Shown here: piece after piece, positions 1 through 14,239 of the stretch | Layout: each line of letters opens with the position of its first letter | Numbering within the stretch: position 1 is the first letter of the stretch | NCBI GenBank assembly: GCA_002189035.1 | Contig: CM007990.1 | Location: forward strand, 2,170,001-2,234,000 | DNA from: Utricularia gibba | Lineage: Eukaryota > Plantae > Magnoliophyta | Direction of reading: 5' to 3' | DNA: 64,000 bases | Notes under the pieces: model-generated | Told to the model about the DNA's origin: nothing | The model's input: the letters and a program-made list of their open reading frames with translations, nothing else | The model's database searches: none | Translations under genes and position numbers: made by a program

Positions 1-3000
1 AAAGATCATTTCATATTAATATTAATATTCTCTTAGTGGCAACACAAGGAACACTATATCATATGGTTTGACTTTCTAATCCAACAAGGTTCACAATAAT
101 AATAATATATTATTAATATTCTTAATATCTTCTTTATATTAGTAATAAGAAAAAAACCATAATGGGAAAAAAGTACACAATTTGAAACATTTGAGGCAAA
201 AATACACATTTAAAACCTTAACAGACGTTAGGATATTTTTGCATTGTCAAAAACATTTGAGGACAAAAATATATTTTTCAAATATGTGTGGCATATTAAA
301 ACATTTTTGAAAACATTTGGGGCATTCTTGCATTTGTGTGTGAACTTTAGGGTTAATTTGCACCACAATAAACTATTGGAGCAAAAAAGTTCGTGTGTGC
401 AGTTGAGGGAAAAAAAAAACTTGACCCCAATTAAAATGCACCAAACTCTTGTTCAGGTCTTCCTTCTTTTTGTATATGGACATCAAAGTAGAGTTAGTTT
501 GGGCATCATTGATTGGTCGTAATAAACCTTGTGTATAACATATATTTTGGAGTTATTTCTATAAATTTGAACTAAATCATGAATTACTTTATAAAACTAA
601 CACCAAGATTTCAACCCAAAAATTCTTTTATGCATGGACACTAAAGATAATATATACGTAAACTATAAATAGAAAAGAATGAAATAATGAGAAAAGGGAT
701 TTAAGATAAGAATGCAACCACAAAAAAAAAAAATTGAATAAGATATTGACTCTAAGACCAATGCCTCCCATGAGGAAAGAATAACACAAACCATAGAAAA
801 TACCATGAACATTACTGAGAAAAATAAACAATTAACAAACAAAAAATTAGGAAAATGAGATTAATGAAATCAAAATCTCATTCAATAGTAGAGAGTACAA
901 TAGTAGGTTATAAAGCTATATGTGCAATAGTAATATTATAAGGATTATATTTCTAACACTCATTAAGTGGAACATGGATATCAAGTTGGCTCAACTTGGA
1001 CGATAAATGAGGATGTTGAATGATCCTAAGTACTTTTGTGATTAATTATTTGCTTGCTCCTTTGTACAGATGTATTTTATTAAAATTTTGTGCTTACTTT
1101 CTTTTTCATGAAGATAGTGCCAATAAATATCAAATCCATCCATACTATGTTAGATTCTTCACATTTCTTATGGTTGATTGATTTTTGCAATATCAAATTT
1201 TGTGGCTACTACTTGATCTCAAAAACTTTTAGTAGATTTTGGATCCAAGATATCTCACATGACCTAGTAGACATGTGAGATATTTTGTGTTATTTAAATT
1301 CTTTGATAACAAAAGCAAGTGTCTTTAAAATGCAAATTATCTTACTAAATAAATTTACAAGCCTAATTCATACATAATCATAAAACAAATACGAGCATAT
1401 TAGATTAAGATCGAATACAAAGAGTTTTGTGTTTGTCATGTATAGACTAATGTATTCTGTTTTTGTCATAATAAAAATTAAGTCTAATGTAATACTAATA
1501 CAATCTTACAATAAATGTAGAAAAGTAATAAACGAGCAAATCAGATTTCTGTCTAAACTGAAAGAAGATGATGTCTTGAGACCTCTAGAAATAACATGCT
1601 CATTACCCTATTTATCCTACCCAAACCAAAAATCATGCATCTAACATTCCAAAAATTCAAGTCTACCTAAACCCTTAACTAGGGTTGTTTAAAAAAATAT
1701 TTATCCCCACTCTTGGATCTATTTTAGTTTGTTAATGAGAAATGTGATTATACAAATAAGATAGTTTAATGAGAATTGTGCATGCTTATTCTTTTTGTCC
1801 CAAAGAACCACATGGTATTTAGTTACTCATATTAAGGAAAAATAACACAAGTTTATAACATAACATCAAAAGGATGTTCATATTGCAGTTTAATATGAAC
1901 AAGATAAACAGAAACGAAAATGCAAATAGTTTAGTGCGAAAAACTAAAATGTTTCTTGCAATCTACTTTCTCCTCCATCCTCTTTGTCGTTCTACAATTT
2001 TTATTTTAGAACCCTCTCCCCATTATCTCAAGTGTTCTACCAAGAGTAGAGATATTTTTCTCTCTCTATCTTATCTCTATTTTTATTCAAAATCTTTCTT
2101 TTTCATCCTCTTAGATTTTATGCTTCTCTTTTCTCCCTTTTGTCTCATTTTTCTGCTACTTCTACTGTATACTTTAAACTCCTTACGATTTGGACTATTG
2201 AAAATGTGTTGCATTGCTCGAAGAAAGTGATTAAAATAAAAATTACGGTTTACATCCAGGATTTAGTCCTACTTTGGAATAAAAGACATAAACATTGCTA
2301 ATCACAAAAATACATAAATACCTAATAAAATCATAATTTTGTAGTACGATATTAATTATTTCTTAGTCCTAAAATATTGAAAATTATGTGTTATCACTCT
2401 TGCATTCCATCATGTTTCTTAAACTTCAACCTTATCATGTTATCATCCCAAAAAATCTAGAAACCGCATATCAATTTTTTGATGTTGGTACAACATACCC
2501 AATCACTATTACTATAGGCTCTAAGATGCTAATCTGAAGTGGTAGAAAAAAATACAACTTTGTTTGGCTGCCCTTCAAATACTGAAGTACTCGCATTGCA
2601 CAATTTGGAATGCATTTCTTTTAATTTATCCATATGCTTAGCTAGAATCTATAAAACATAAGCAATATCATTTCTATTAAATATTATATAAATAAGCTAG
2701 TATCATATATTTTGTGACATCCTCTAGCAATGGTGAAGTGGATTCATCCATCTTGTATCAAGAAACGAATGGAGTGTTATAGTTGGCTTGATTGCAAGAA
2801 AATCATATTCTAACATATATTTTCTTTGAAATATATTTACTCTTTTTCGTATTTACTGACTTGAAGTTTTAAAAAATACTTAAATGCTCCTAAGTTATGA
2901 AATTTAAACTCAAATACATTATTAACTTATGAATTTTAATGAAAAAATTACTATTTATTAGTATGTCATTGATATATATTAATAGAACTATAGTTGTACC

Positions 3001-4523
3001 ATTATGTGTGATTATAGTAAAAAAGTGAGGAATCAATATGCAATTGTTTAAACTCATAACTAACTAAAAAGTCGAATTTTTGTTTTATTCCATTGATGCT
3101 TGTTTGATTCCATAAATCACTTTCTTCATCTCATAAGTAGATTTCTTTATCTTTCTACGAGTGAGTATGTTATTACAACAGAAAGAACTTGTATGCAAGT
3201 TTGCTTTTGGAAGATACCATTTAGGAATATATTACATATGTCTATTTGTCTAATTGTGACTATTAAAACAAAGACTAGTCTTTACAATAGTATGCTTGAC
3301 AACTAACTTGAATGTTTCATTGTAACCAAAGCCATGTATTTGGTTATATCCTCTTGTAACTAACTTTCACTTATGTCACTTTATCATTTCATTGGCATTT
3401 ATGTTGATTTGCAAAATCCACTGTCACTCAGTTAATCGAGCATGTTTCAAGAACTAGAATAACTTCCCTTGTATCAGTTGCTTCTAGTGTTAAAGGTTTT
3501 AAATTGAATCACTTCAACCCAGTTTAATGACTTTGTTGCTTGCTAATAGGTGAAAGGTTCATGAGTTTTTGAAACATTTTTTAGTGAACTCATAGTGCGT
3601 TTTCCCTAGTCTTGTAGTTCTTACGATAGCATATAGGTATAAATATTTTTCTAGTCATCTTATTTTTTTTTTAGAGTCTTTCTACAAGTATGAATTAGGA
3701 TTACCTTGGTAAGACGAAGGAGGGGCTTGAGTTGATGAATGTTTGAGAGGGCCTTATCTTGTCCAATAGAAGATGAGGGACATCAAAAAGAGTGCCATTA
3801 GAGTGTGTAGAGGATTTATGAAGCTTATGGTGAGAGGATCCTTGCAACTCGACAATGTATGTATTTGTCTCTAACTTTATTCATATTGTTGCACTGTACA
3901 TCAAGATTTAATCTATTTCCTCAACTTGGAGAAATATATCCATATGAGCGTATCACCAACAAGGTAAGAAAAGCTCTAGTATTCTTGTTCTAGGGGTTCA
4001 CTTTGTTCTTACGATTTTATAATTTCATAATAGAAATATGTTTACTAGCATGTGAGCATGTCTAATTTTCCGATTTTTCAGGTTATCATTTCTCAAGTCC
4101 TTATTCGCTTTCTCCAATCATGCCTAAAGTAGCATGAATATTATGGAAATTTTGTTAAAAATAGATAACATTCATAAATCCCATAATAGTTATGAATATT
4201 GCATAATAGTCTTTTTTTTAGCTATTAAGTATAACATTAAATGCACTAAAGATCTAGAAATCAAGAAAAAGGAACAAAGAAGTGTTAATTTGAAAAACAA
4301 AAATTGAGGTTGCTTTCACATGAGGGAAAAGATTTTCACTAAAGAAAATATTTGAAAATACATGAATATACTCAAAAAGGTTGCAATAAACTTCAATTAT
4401 ATATATACTAGCATTTAGATTTGACAATCAATGATAACTTCAAAAGTGGCAGATATCATCCATATTCTTTAATTACTTACAATAATTAATAAAATATACT
4501 ATATAATAATAATTATATATATA

Positions 4524-5950
4524 TGATAAACGGAAATTTTTCTAATATCATTGCAAATAAAAATAGAAAATCCGTATCAAATAAATTTATTATCCCTAAT
4601 CTACATAAAATACAAATTTAGAAAACTTGTATAGTGGATATTGGGGTCGATCACGAAGAGCTTGTGCTTGCTAAGTGTTCTAGTAAATGCATAATTCGGG
4701 ATAACAGTAGGTCTTAGTCTAAGCTCGGACTAACAGTGGTAAACAATTTCAGTAAACAAGGTAAGTAAACAATATCAGATCTTGACGCTAAGGTAACAGG
4801 TACTGGTTTTGACTCAGACTAATACGAGAACACCTTAAGGATCTATGGGTGGTGTCATACTAAGGTTCCTAACTTAATTTACCATTTTCCTACACTCATA
4901 ACTTCAAATAATCTAGGTCTACCCTGATCATTCATCATATTTTTTGCTTAAACTAGTCCCCAATGTCATAACCCACATTGCAATTAGGTCTACCCAGATG
5001 CAAGGCATATAGAATTAGGTCTACCCGGTTTTACTGGTTTTACCCTAGACTAACACCGACTACTCCCGTCTTGGTTTGTTGATCTACCTCTAAACCAAGT
5101 ATCTAAGTTGTGAAACTACTTGCTTCCCTCCTTAGGTCTACCCATGGTTTGTTAGAAACAAGAGTTAAGGAATACACATAAATTTCATCATCAAACCTAA
5201 GCACACACCACACCACTTCACCTTAAGGCATCCCTAAGACTCTAGCCACTCATGTTTGGAAAATAAAACACGATTTCATTCATATAAGTTGGCCAAAATG
5301 GGAAAAACATTGTAAACAAGTCAAATGCAGAAACTCGAAATGGTCAGAAAACTAAAAAGTAAATAAAGATTGTCCTTCCGCCCGTTAGCTACTGTTCACA
5401 GCCCGGAACAGTAGCGCTTGACTAGGCTCCGATGCTATTCTTGGTAGTGAAGGCCCTCCTTCCCCCTTCTGGTTGGTGTTTTTCACATTGGGGAAGAAGA
5501 CCCCCATTTGCGTCCCCCTTGCTATTCGCTTCAACTTCCCGCTCACTCTTTCTTTTTCAAATTAATTCCCTTTTCTTTTACTTCACTCCATTGCACTGTT
5601 TCTGCCTGCCAGTACTATTCCTGACCGCCAGTACTGCTCCTGGCCTGAACTTGCAGACTACGGTGGCAGCAGAACAATGATCTTTGTCCTTCTCCGGATT
5701 TTGCGCCCTTTTTCGCTTGTTTTACACGCTTGCAAGTCTGATTTTCGGCTCATCTCCCTGTTTGAACTTACTGAGATATCAGTAACACGAGTTCTGAACT
5801 AAATCAAAGGATTTAGTCCACTTTTCAACATAATCACATAGGATTAACATAAAGACCACTAAAGCATGAAAAATCACATTTATCTAACCTAAACCATAAT
5901 AAAATATAATCATTTTGTATTTTGAAATTTAGGAAAAATGTGTGTCATCA
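4524..5950 (-). mobile_element. Solo LTR, Ty3/gypsy Athila-like, inserted in a TA microsatellite
   Basis: Begins TGATAA and ends TCATCA (TG..CA with short imperfect terminal IR). ATATA flanks both sides (4519-4523, 5951-5955) as a 5-bp TSD. Contains a GGGGTCGATCAC motif I associate with Athila-type LTRs. No coding capacity. Orientation inferred. Confidence 0.7.
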
Positions 5951-6173
5951 ATATATATATATATATATAATTTTTTAATTTAAAATAACTAAAATCTATA
6001 TGACATCAAAACAAATCTTAATAATAAAATAATAATTATCGAATCAATTGGTATATTTAGGTTTCAAAAATAATACTCATTTATTTTTTTATTATATATT
6101 TTATTATACTCTTATTAGTATATAATTTTATCATTAAATTTGAATTAGATAAATATATTGTATATTTAGCAAT

Positions 6174-6174
<1 letters not shown>

Positions 6175-6214
<40 letters not shown>
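6175..6214. repeat. (TA)n microsatellite
   Basis: Uninterrupted run of about 20 TA units read directly from the sequence. Confidence 0.9.
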
Positions 6215-6217
<3 letters not shown>

Positions 6218-8089
6218 AATATAGGTATTTATGAGTATTATACATGAATTTTAATTAAAAAAATATAAATAAATTATAATTTGATTAACTTAAGTATTTA
6301 ATTAATTAATTAATATTAATGTTCATTCCTTACACATTACAATTCTAATTGGATAGAAAATGATGCATAAATTTCCGATAGAGCACTCACCACACTTTTA
6401 TTTATATAGGAATGTTCTAGAAAATCTTTGATACAGTGCACTTGTTTTCATTTCTAAAAATTATATTAATGATATGAATTAATTTTAATAATTTATTACA
6501 AATATTATATATATTCTTTCAATATAAATATGTCTAAGTACAATTCTATACAATTAAAAATAGTAAAAGTACCAAAAAATAGAAATTCTTTATGAGCATT
6601 TTTAACAATATAATTTTTAGGTAATTTTATTATGAATTTGCTGTCTAAGTTTTTAAAATTTGGAAAAACTATGCATAGTAAAAAAAATTTTTTAATCCAT
6701 TTTTTAAAAAATTATAATATATCTAATTTGCACATTTTAATAAAATAATTTTGTAGTGAAAAATAAAGTGAGAATTTCATATTTAAAAGATTTCGATTTA
6801 CCTATAATTTCAATTCAAATTGCATTATAAGAATTAGAAAAGCATCTTGGCAAGACAGACATAAACTATCCTAAACAGTGGGATGTCAACTTTTCAAAAA
6901 GAGGTTATTTTGAATCCTTGTTATTATTCAATATTAATTCAATTAATAGAAAATGTAAAAAAGATTGTTTAATTAGAGTTTAATTTGTTTTAATTTAAAA
7001 TGAGTATATCAAATTTTAAACTTAAATTAAAATTCTTATTTACTTATTTTAAATTGAAAAATAATAAAATTGAATCCAAAAATGACAAATTAAATAAAAA
7101 GTGGTAAAAAATATTGTTTATTTTAGTCAAACAACATTTTTTGAATTAGGTTTATTGTTGGACGTTTTTCTAATTGAAGGTTAAAATAACTATTGTGAAT
7201 GCAAAATAGAATGTCTTTAACAATTCGTCCTCCATAATTGTTAAATTCTCCTTCAAATTAATTTAAATTTTCTCCATAAAACTTGATTGTCTCTAAGCAC
7301 TTGGGTTTCCTATTTCAAGATTTGATGGCATCAATATTATGTCACGAAATTGAGGCTATGAACACTGTTGTACTCTATAATAAACATATTTTTGTTCAGC
7401 ATGAGTTAATCTTTAGATAATATAGACACCATTTGTGATTCCCAAAAAAAGTATTAAATTTCAGAATTTTCTCATAAGCATCTATTAAATCTAAACCTTG
7501 ATCACTTATGATACATACATGATGTTTACTAAATAACATGAATATCAAGATTCTCTAATAATTACTTTAAAGATGAACCTGATTCATAAGGTATATATCT
7601 ATATGTCACATGTAATATATGCTTATTTGCATCAATTGTTATTGTAGCTTACATACTTATAACCACCATATTTAGAAGATTCAATGGCAAACCTAAACAC
7701 CCAAAAAACATATTCTAATAGTTATATCCCTTCAATATGTATATTATTTTTCAATGACAAGCCTAAAAGCCCAAAAAACATATTCTAGTCGTTATTTCCC
7801 TTCAATATCTATTTTATTTTCAAATTTCACAATAATTTGGTAACTCAATGCATGAATCATCCCATGAATTACTTTAACTATTATCTTAGAATTTGCAACT
7901 CATATGCTTTAGTTATAACCATCCATGGTTGTCAATAAAAAATTGTAAACTTATACTCTTTTTTTATGTAAGCTTGAATTACTTTAACTATTATCTTAAT
8001 ATTTGCATCCACTATAAGATAGATGATTCGAGGAGCAATGAGATCGAATGTGAAGTTAACATGCTCTTTAATCAAAGAATTACTTAGTC

Positions 8090-8560
8090 ACATGCATGTG
8101 GGCCATTGAACAAAGAAATCTTTCATATACATGGTCGCGGCCTTGCATTCATATAACAAGAACAATTTGGTTACAAACATTTAATAGCATAAAGTGATTA
8201 TTTCCTCTTCGTAATGTGTGTATTCTATTTAGATGTTGATATTATATAATTTCACATCATCCTTTAAACCTTGATTGTCTTTAAAATGCATGATAATGGA
8301 TAGCTCTTTTGAATCTTCATTATAGTAACTCATTGAATAGCTAGTTGTATAGATGCATCTTAGTTTTCGTGGTAAAGATTGTTCATCTTTCAATAATTCA
8401 TATTTGGGAATCTTCTCTTCAACATCTATCATTATATTAGAAGCATTATCTACATGCATATTATCTGATTCATTGTTATCATATATATTTCGCGTCATCT
8501 TCATCAATGTTAACTTCATCACAATGTTCGAAACATTATAACAAAAAAACATGAAATATT
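8090..8560 (-). pseudogene. MULE/MuDR transposase N-terminal fragment
   Basis: ORF 8229-8552 ends in ELSIIMHFKDNQGLKDDVKLYNI, resembling the MuDR DNA-binding domain. Past stops it continues as YAIKC..CSCYMNAR..ISLFNGPHAC. Confidence 0.6.
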
Positions 8561-9773
8561 TATTAAATACTGAAAAAAAATATGTTAATCTTATAAAAAT
8601 ACAAATCTAACCATTTTATTATGTTGATTGTTGATAAGTTGTGGAAAAACCAAAATTAAGATCGAAATACTAAAGTTGTAATGATAGTTGATATCTCTAT
8701 TTATGTTTTAATTCTTGGATTATAGAATATTCAAATTATATGTGTCACTTGAAATTATGAAATTATAAAATTTGACAAATTTTATATAACAAATAAATTT
8801 TAAACAATTAAATAATTACCATGCCAATTAGAAGAAGGAAAACTATTTCAATACTATTCTATATTTTTTATATAAAATCTTTGAAGTGTTTATGTAGAAA
8901 TCATTCAGAAATGTCTGTATGGAATTAAATGTAAATCCTAATATTTATTCAATTCGGATCATCGCCAGTTTTGTTTGGCTTAAAATATGGAATTGCAATG
9001 CTAGATATTAATGATGCATAATAGAGATTTGAGTATTGAACTCAATATCAAACAAAATAAAGAATGTTTGTATTAAAAAGTTATGTTTATTTTTTAGTCA
9101 ATTATTATTGAAGATGAAATTAATATCAAAATAATGACTATTGATGTTATTTCAATTGGAAATTCTATTTTGATTTATAACTTAGAAATTTCAACTAGAA
9201 TTTGTTGATTTCGAAAAGATTACATAAGAATTTCCAATTTAAAACACAATACAAATGAAAATTATTCAAATAACTAAATTTCTATTCATATAATCATTTA
9301 ATTAACTAATATAATCATTTTTAAATAAAAGAAATAATTTTTTAATTAAAGTAAACCATTAAGTTTTATTTTTTACCATTCATTATTGAATAACTAAATT
9401 TCTATTCATATAAACATTTTTTCTAATTATTTAAAAACTTTGACATTAAATTTATACATATATTACTTAAAAAGCGTTATAAATAAACATTTATATACAA
9501 TTTTTATTTTTTCGCATGTTACTATTTTTCTAATTATTTTGAAATAAAACATATTGACTATATTAAATATTAATCAAATAGTTTTAAAAAGGTCAGTTAT
9601 TTCATAAAGATTAAGATGTTCTTAAACCCAAATTCATTTGGAAAAACATAATGGTGTAATAGTGGGGTGGGGAAGAGCGAGCAGAAGAACCCCAATTCTT
9701 CGCCGTGCTCCGCGCTTATTGCTCGGGTGGATAGGAGGAGTAGGAAGCTTGCGGAGGGGAACTTCCCTGAAAA

Positions 9774-11185
9774 ATGGCGTCAGTGTCCGGTTTCCCCTAT
9801 TTTCGTCCTCTGCACTCCCCGCTTAACTCTTCCACTTCCAGATCGTTTCCAATTCTCTTGAAAACTTTCTCTCCGAAAATCAAAAGTATAATCCCCGCTC
9901 TTCTTCTTTCTCAAATGATAGCCCACTGAACGAAAGGTTTGACTTTAATCTTGTCTACACTTTTGTCTGTTTTTAATATTAAATTTCTGTTGTAATTCTT
10001 GAAATGAAATCATTTTATGGTTGCTCGCTGCTTTCTTATATCCAGCATTGAGATTCTCCGGGGTCCTTTTTTTTCTTTGCAGCTTCTGCATCATACAAGG
10101 GCCAGAAGCGGTTCAGGATTTTGTCCAGATGGAGATGCAGGAAATACCGGATAATATCAGAGCGAGACGCAACAAAATTTTTCTCTTGATGGAGGAAGTA
10201 AACCCCAGAGCCTGTTTTTGTAATTGGTTTTCTGTCTTCCGATTGTTGCATGACATGTTCAAATTCTAGGTTAGGAGACTTAGAGTTCAACAACGCATAA
10301 AAAGCAGGACTGGTATTGAGGACGAAGGAAGAGTAGATGAGATGCCGGACATGCCATCATCCATTCCCTTTCTTCCTCTTGTGGTGATTTCCCACCCGAA
10401 GCTTAATCATTTATATGATTGATTCCTCTTCTCTTTGTTTTTTTCATTAATATCCATTCGTCTTTGTTACATACAATTCAGACACCCAAGACTATGAAAC
10501 AGTTGTATTTGACGAGCTTTGGGTTTATAGCTGGTATCATTGTCTTCGGAGGCCTCATTGCACCCACGGTAAGCTTTCTTTTTCTCTGTATGGGTGAGAA
10601 CCCGCTCTGATTTGTTTTCCTGTGTCAGCTTGAGCTGAAACTGGGTATCGGAGGAACGACGTACGCAGATTTCATACGTAACATGCATCTGCCTATGCAG
10701 TTGAGGTACCCTAGAAAGCAGGCAGGAGAACTCAACCTGTTGTGATTTTGGTTCATGGATTGAACGCATCTTGCCTGTTCTAGTCAGGTGGATCCTATTG
10801 TGGCATCGTTCTCCGGTGGGCTGTCGGAGTTATTTCTGCATTGATGGTGCTGGAACTAAACAATGTGGAGCAACAGGAGAAGAAGAGATGCAAGTACTGC
10901 ATTGGAATTGGTAAGCCTAAGGATCCTGTTATAGTTGAGGATTTGATTCAGACTGAATTCATCTACTTGCATATTCTGTTAGGATACTTGGCTTGTGCCC
11001 GTTGTTCAGCCACTGGCTTCTTGTCCACTGGGCCGATTTCAACTGGCGCTTCATCGTCAGCAACACCTGTTAGGTGTAGCAACTGCTCTGGTTCTGGGAA
11101 GGTGATGTGTCCAACGTGCCTCTGCACTGGAATGATGATGGCTAGCGAGCACGACCCTCGGATTGATCCCTTCGATTTGCAATGA
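9774..11185 (+). CDS. ORL: ORANGE-like (OR-like) plastid DnaJ-type cysteine-rich zinc-finger chaperone; 7 exons; two apparent 1-bp frameshifts
   Basis: Exons 9774-9936, 10083-10197, 10270-10383, 10482-10568, 10629-10705, 10784-10910, 10983-11185, all GT-AG. Translation includes FCIIQGPEAVQDF, NIRARRNKIFLLMEEVRRLR, LELKLGIGGTTYADF, QVDPIVASFSGG, CKYCIGIGYLACARC and VMCPTCLCTGMMMASEHDPRIDPFD. LLMEE and TPKTMKQLYLTS favour OR-like over OR. Ser-rich transit peptide from ATG 9774. Confidence 0.92.
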
Positions 11186-14100
11186 AAAAAAAAAAGAAGC
11201 ATCTGAACATCTGAACATGACAAACTACATGCATCTGCTCAACGAACATATTCATGATTTGTAACAATGGCTCAGAACCCAAGTCACTCATATTACAGTT
11301 GTACAAATAAACTTTGGAGCCAAAGTGATCTCTACTCCCATTCTGTAACATAGACTTGAAAATCCAAAGAAGGGACTCATTCAAAATCAGCTACATACAG
11401 CAGCTTGCAATCAGGTGGCGCACATACAACGAAACCGATAAAATCTGCAGCTGTTAGGTGATCTAACAAGTCTCCATTGCAAATCTTGACCAAGAATTGG
11501 AGGGCCTAAAAATGATGCCTATGAGGCAATGAAACAATTTACCGATTGTGTTTCGAAGGTGATGATATTGTGTTTTATTTTAATGTTTAGATTTGAGTAT
11601 AAATAGAGTGAAAATACTTGAATTAGGGAAGGAAATGACCCAAGGCACGTGCACTCAAATTATGCACAAGGAAAACTTGAAGTCATCCAATTTCTTTCTA
11701 ATTTGATGTCAAAGTGGATCTGTTGTTCCGTGTGATTTAACCAATCTATAAGCTTTTTTAGAACAAGGAAAAAATAAAAAATATAGGTTCTAACGAGAAG
11801 TTGAAATAGGAGAGAGAGTATGAAAAAAAAAGGTAATCTCGAGCACACTCCTAGCAAACAATTGGGGGAGATATTTTCTGATAATTTATGGAGGAAATGA
11901 AGAACACAAGGAAGGATCTAACTTCCAAAGAGGAGCCAAAGTATACAGTCAAATCTGCGTTCTATGGAGAGAAGACAAGCCGAGGCAAAAGGAGAGACAG
12001 TTTACCTGTTGGACGAAAGGATAGTCTGAAGGAGAACCTGTGTCATGAGTGCTAAGAAGAGATTTGCGTGCTTTAGATAGTTTGAAAAAGAAAACAATTT
12101 AAAACGCTTTACGGATTTTCATATCGGGTCTTTTATTAAAATATCCACTGTACCACTCTTTCTCACACACTAAAATTATTTTTTTCAACGCAAAATAAGT
12201 ACTTTTATCATACAGTTAAATTACAATGGGTATTTTTTCAAATTAACTCTTTTCATGTCTTTTATTTACACATCATGGCCAGAATATTTAATTATCTTGT
12301 TAGTTGTTTGGCTCAGCTACTTGCTACATCTTTACTACTAGAGATGAATATGACACTAAATACAATAGTTCCCAAATTCAAAAATTGCTCACTTCTTTTA
12401 TCCGCACAAGATGCTTATTTTATTTATTTTTTTATTGTTGTTTTCATTCTGTTTAATTTGGATAATGTTTTATGAATTTTCTACATTAGTTGCCTTCACT
12501 ACAAAAGTATATTATTTTCAAACACTTTAGCAAACCCCTTGTTTAATCTAGACTATAAGTAAGACTTACAACTAAAAACTAATTACTCTTTATGAATTAA
12601 CTTGGATTAACCGTTACTATATTTATTTTCCTATATAAATGTTTTATGGAATGTCTGTTCACCTTATAAATGTTTTGATGATGAAAGTTTTTAGATTAGT
12701 GACAAATAGAGAATTTACATTTCATCAAATGGTTAATCGACTCAAAGTGCTAGGAATTAGGAAAGAATAGTTTGCACTAGCTCAGAAAATTCTACACTCC
12801 TCACTGCTACAATTGGAACTAAAGATCAACCTTTTGAAAGATAGACCTCGTTATGAATGTTGCGAAAGTGGCAGCTCCCTTAAGGCCTTTGAGCATCATG
12901 TAATGAGACACAATACAACACTTGAAAGAGCTCTCAAAATGTTGCAACTTCATACAATATCTTAGGGAACAACAACATATTAAAAGAGAGGAATAGCAAG
13001 AGTAAGAAAAATAAACTTCCACTTAACATATGAAAAATTCTAAAGATATTGAGAGCCTAAAGATTTTTGTTATCAAAAGATATTTATAAAACTGAACAAA
13101 CATTTTACATCATATTCATTAAAAAAATAATGAAGTAATGATAAATTCAAATTGATCCATAAGGATTAAACAGAGGGTTTTTGTTGAGAGGTGAGTTTCT
13201 ACTTTGTAAAAATTCATAAGATGGCTTCTATAGTAAAAACATACAACACATTACATAAATCAGCATTTCTGAAAGTTTAAAAATAAGCATTCAACTTAAT
13301 CCTAAAATTAACTATACTTAAAAGATAGCCCAAACATGCTCCAATTACTATTCCGATTCACGCATGCAAATAGTAAATAGCATAACAAAGAAAACATGCT
13401 AAGTTGAAAACACTCAAATAAGGTAAACATTCAAGTAGGAAATTTAGATAAACTAGCAAATCATGAAAATGCAGAAAATTAAAAGTTTGATTCTCCAAAT
13501 CAGTTCTTGCACACGTGTCTTCTTCTTCTTCTCTAACAAACTGGTTCTAAAGCTTTTTTGGGAAGGTTCCTAATGTTCTAGTGTCGTTCTAGGCAATGGA
13601 GGTGGGTCTAATGTCACTCTAAAATTGATTACGTCATCTTCTTTGCACAGAAAAGTTTTTGTTCTATGGGCTTCAGGTGCTAGAGGTGAGTTCTACAGTC
13701 ACACTGGAATTGTCCCTCATTCGTCTTCTTCCATGATACTGGTTCAAAATCACCAAAAAGAAACCTCTCCTAATGTCGTAAATCTTCGTTCTCTTTCTAC
13801 TCAATCATGTCTGCCCCTATTGTGTTTCTTGGGGAGGCTTAGCATCTCATTCTCTATTTTCCATCGAATGGTCTTATCCCCTCACACATGTAGATGTGTG
13901 ATTCCCATTTTGTCCTTGGATTAATAATTATTATGCAATAGAATATACAGCTCAACCTAAATGGGGTGGTTGTTACTGAGCTTGGATAAACAATAAATTC
14001 ACCCTAACAAGCATAACAAGCAAATTAATGCAAAATAGATCCAAAACAAGTTTTTACATGAAATGAATTTGCTAACTCTAATTTTAACTTTTTTACCTAT

Positions 14101-14239
14101 TTTAATTCACCTAATTCGTCATCCTAACACTAAAAACACCATAAATACAACCTAATTTATTCTCTTTCTTCATTTTCCTAATTGTGTATTTTTCTCGCCT
14201 TTCTGCTTTGTTTCTTTTAGTTTTTATGCAGTTAGGCTC

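Noticed and set aside
244-3306. Short ORFs in the first 3.3 kb
   Set aside because: AT-rich, low-complexity translations with non-ATG starts and no recognisable motifs or splice structure.
9638-9861. ORFs 9638-9826 and 9667-9861 as the OR-like N-terminus
   Set aside because: TTG/GTG starts and frames incompatible with the exon 1 donor; ATG 9774 gives a better transit peptide.
10160-10175. Carotenoid-enhancing Arg-to-His 'golden SNP' in the OR family
   Set aside because: The sequence reads NIRARRNK with Arg retained, and the gene is OR-like rather than OR.
12819-13022. Possible Helitron Rep fragment (MLKGLKGAATF)
   Set aside because: Similarity too short and weak to support.
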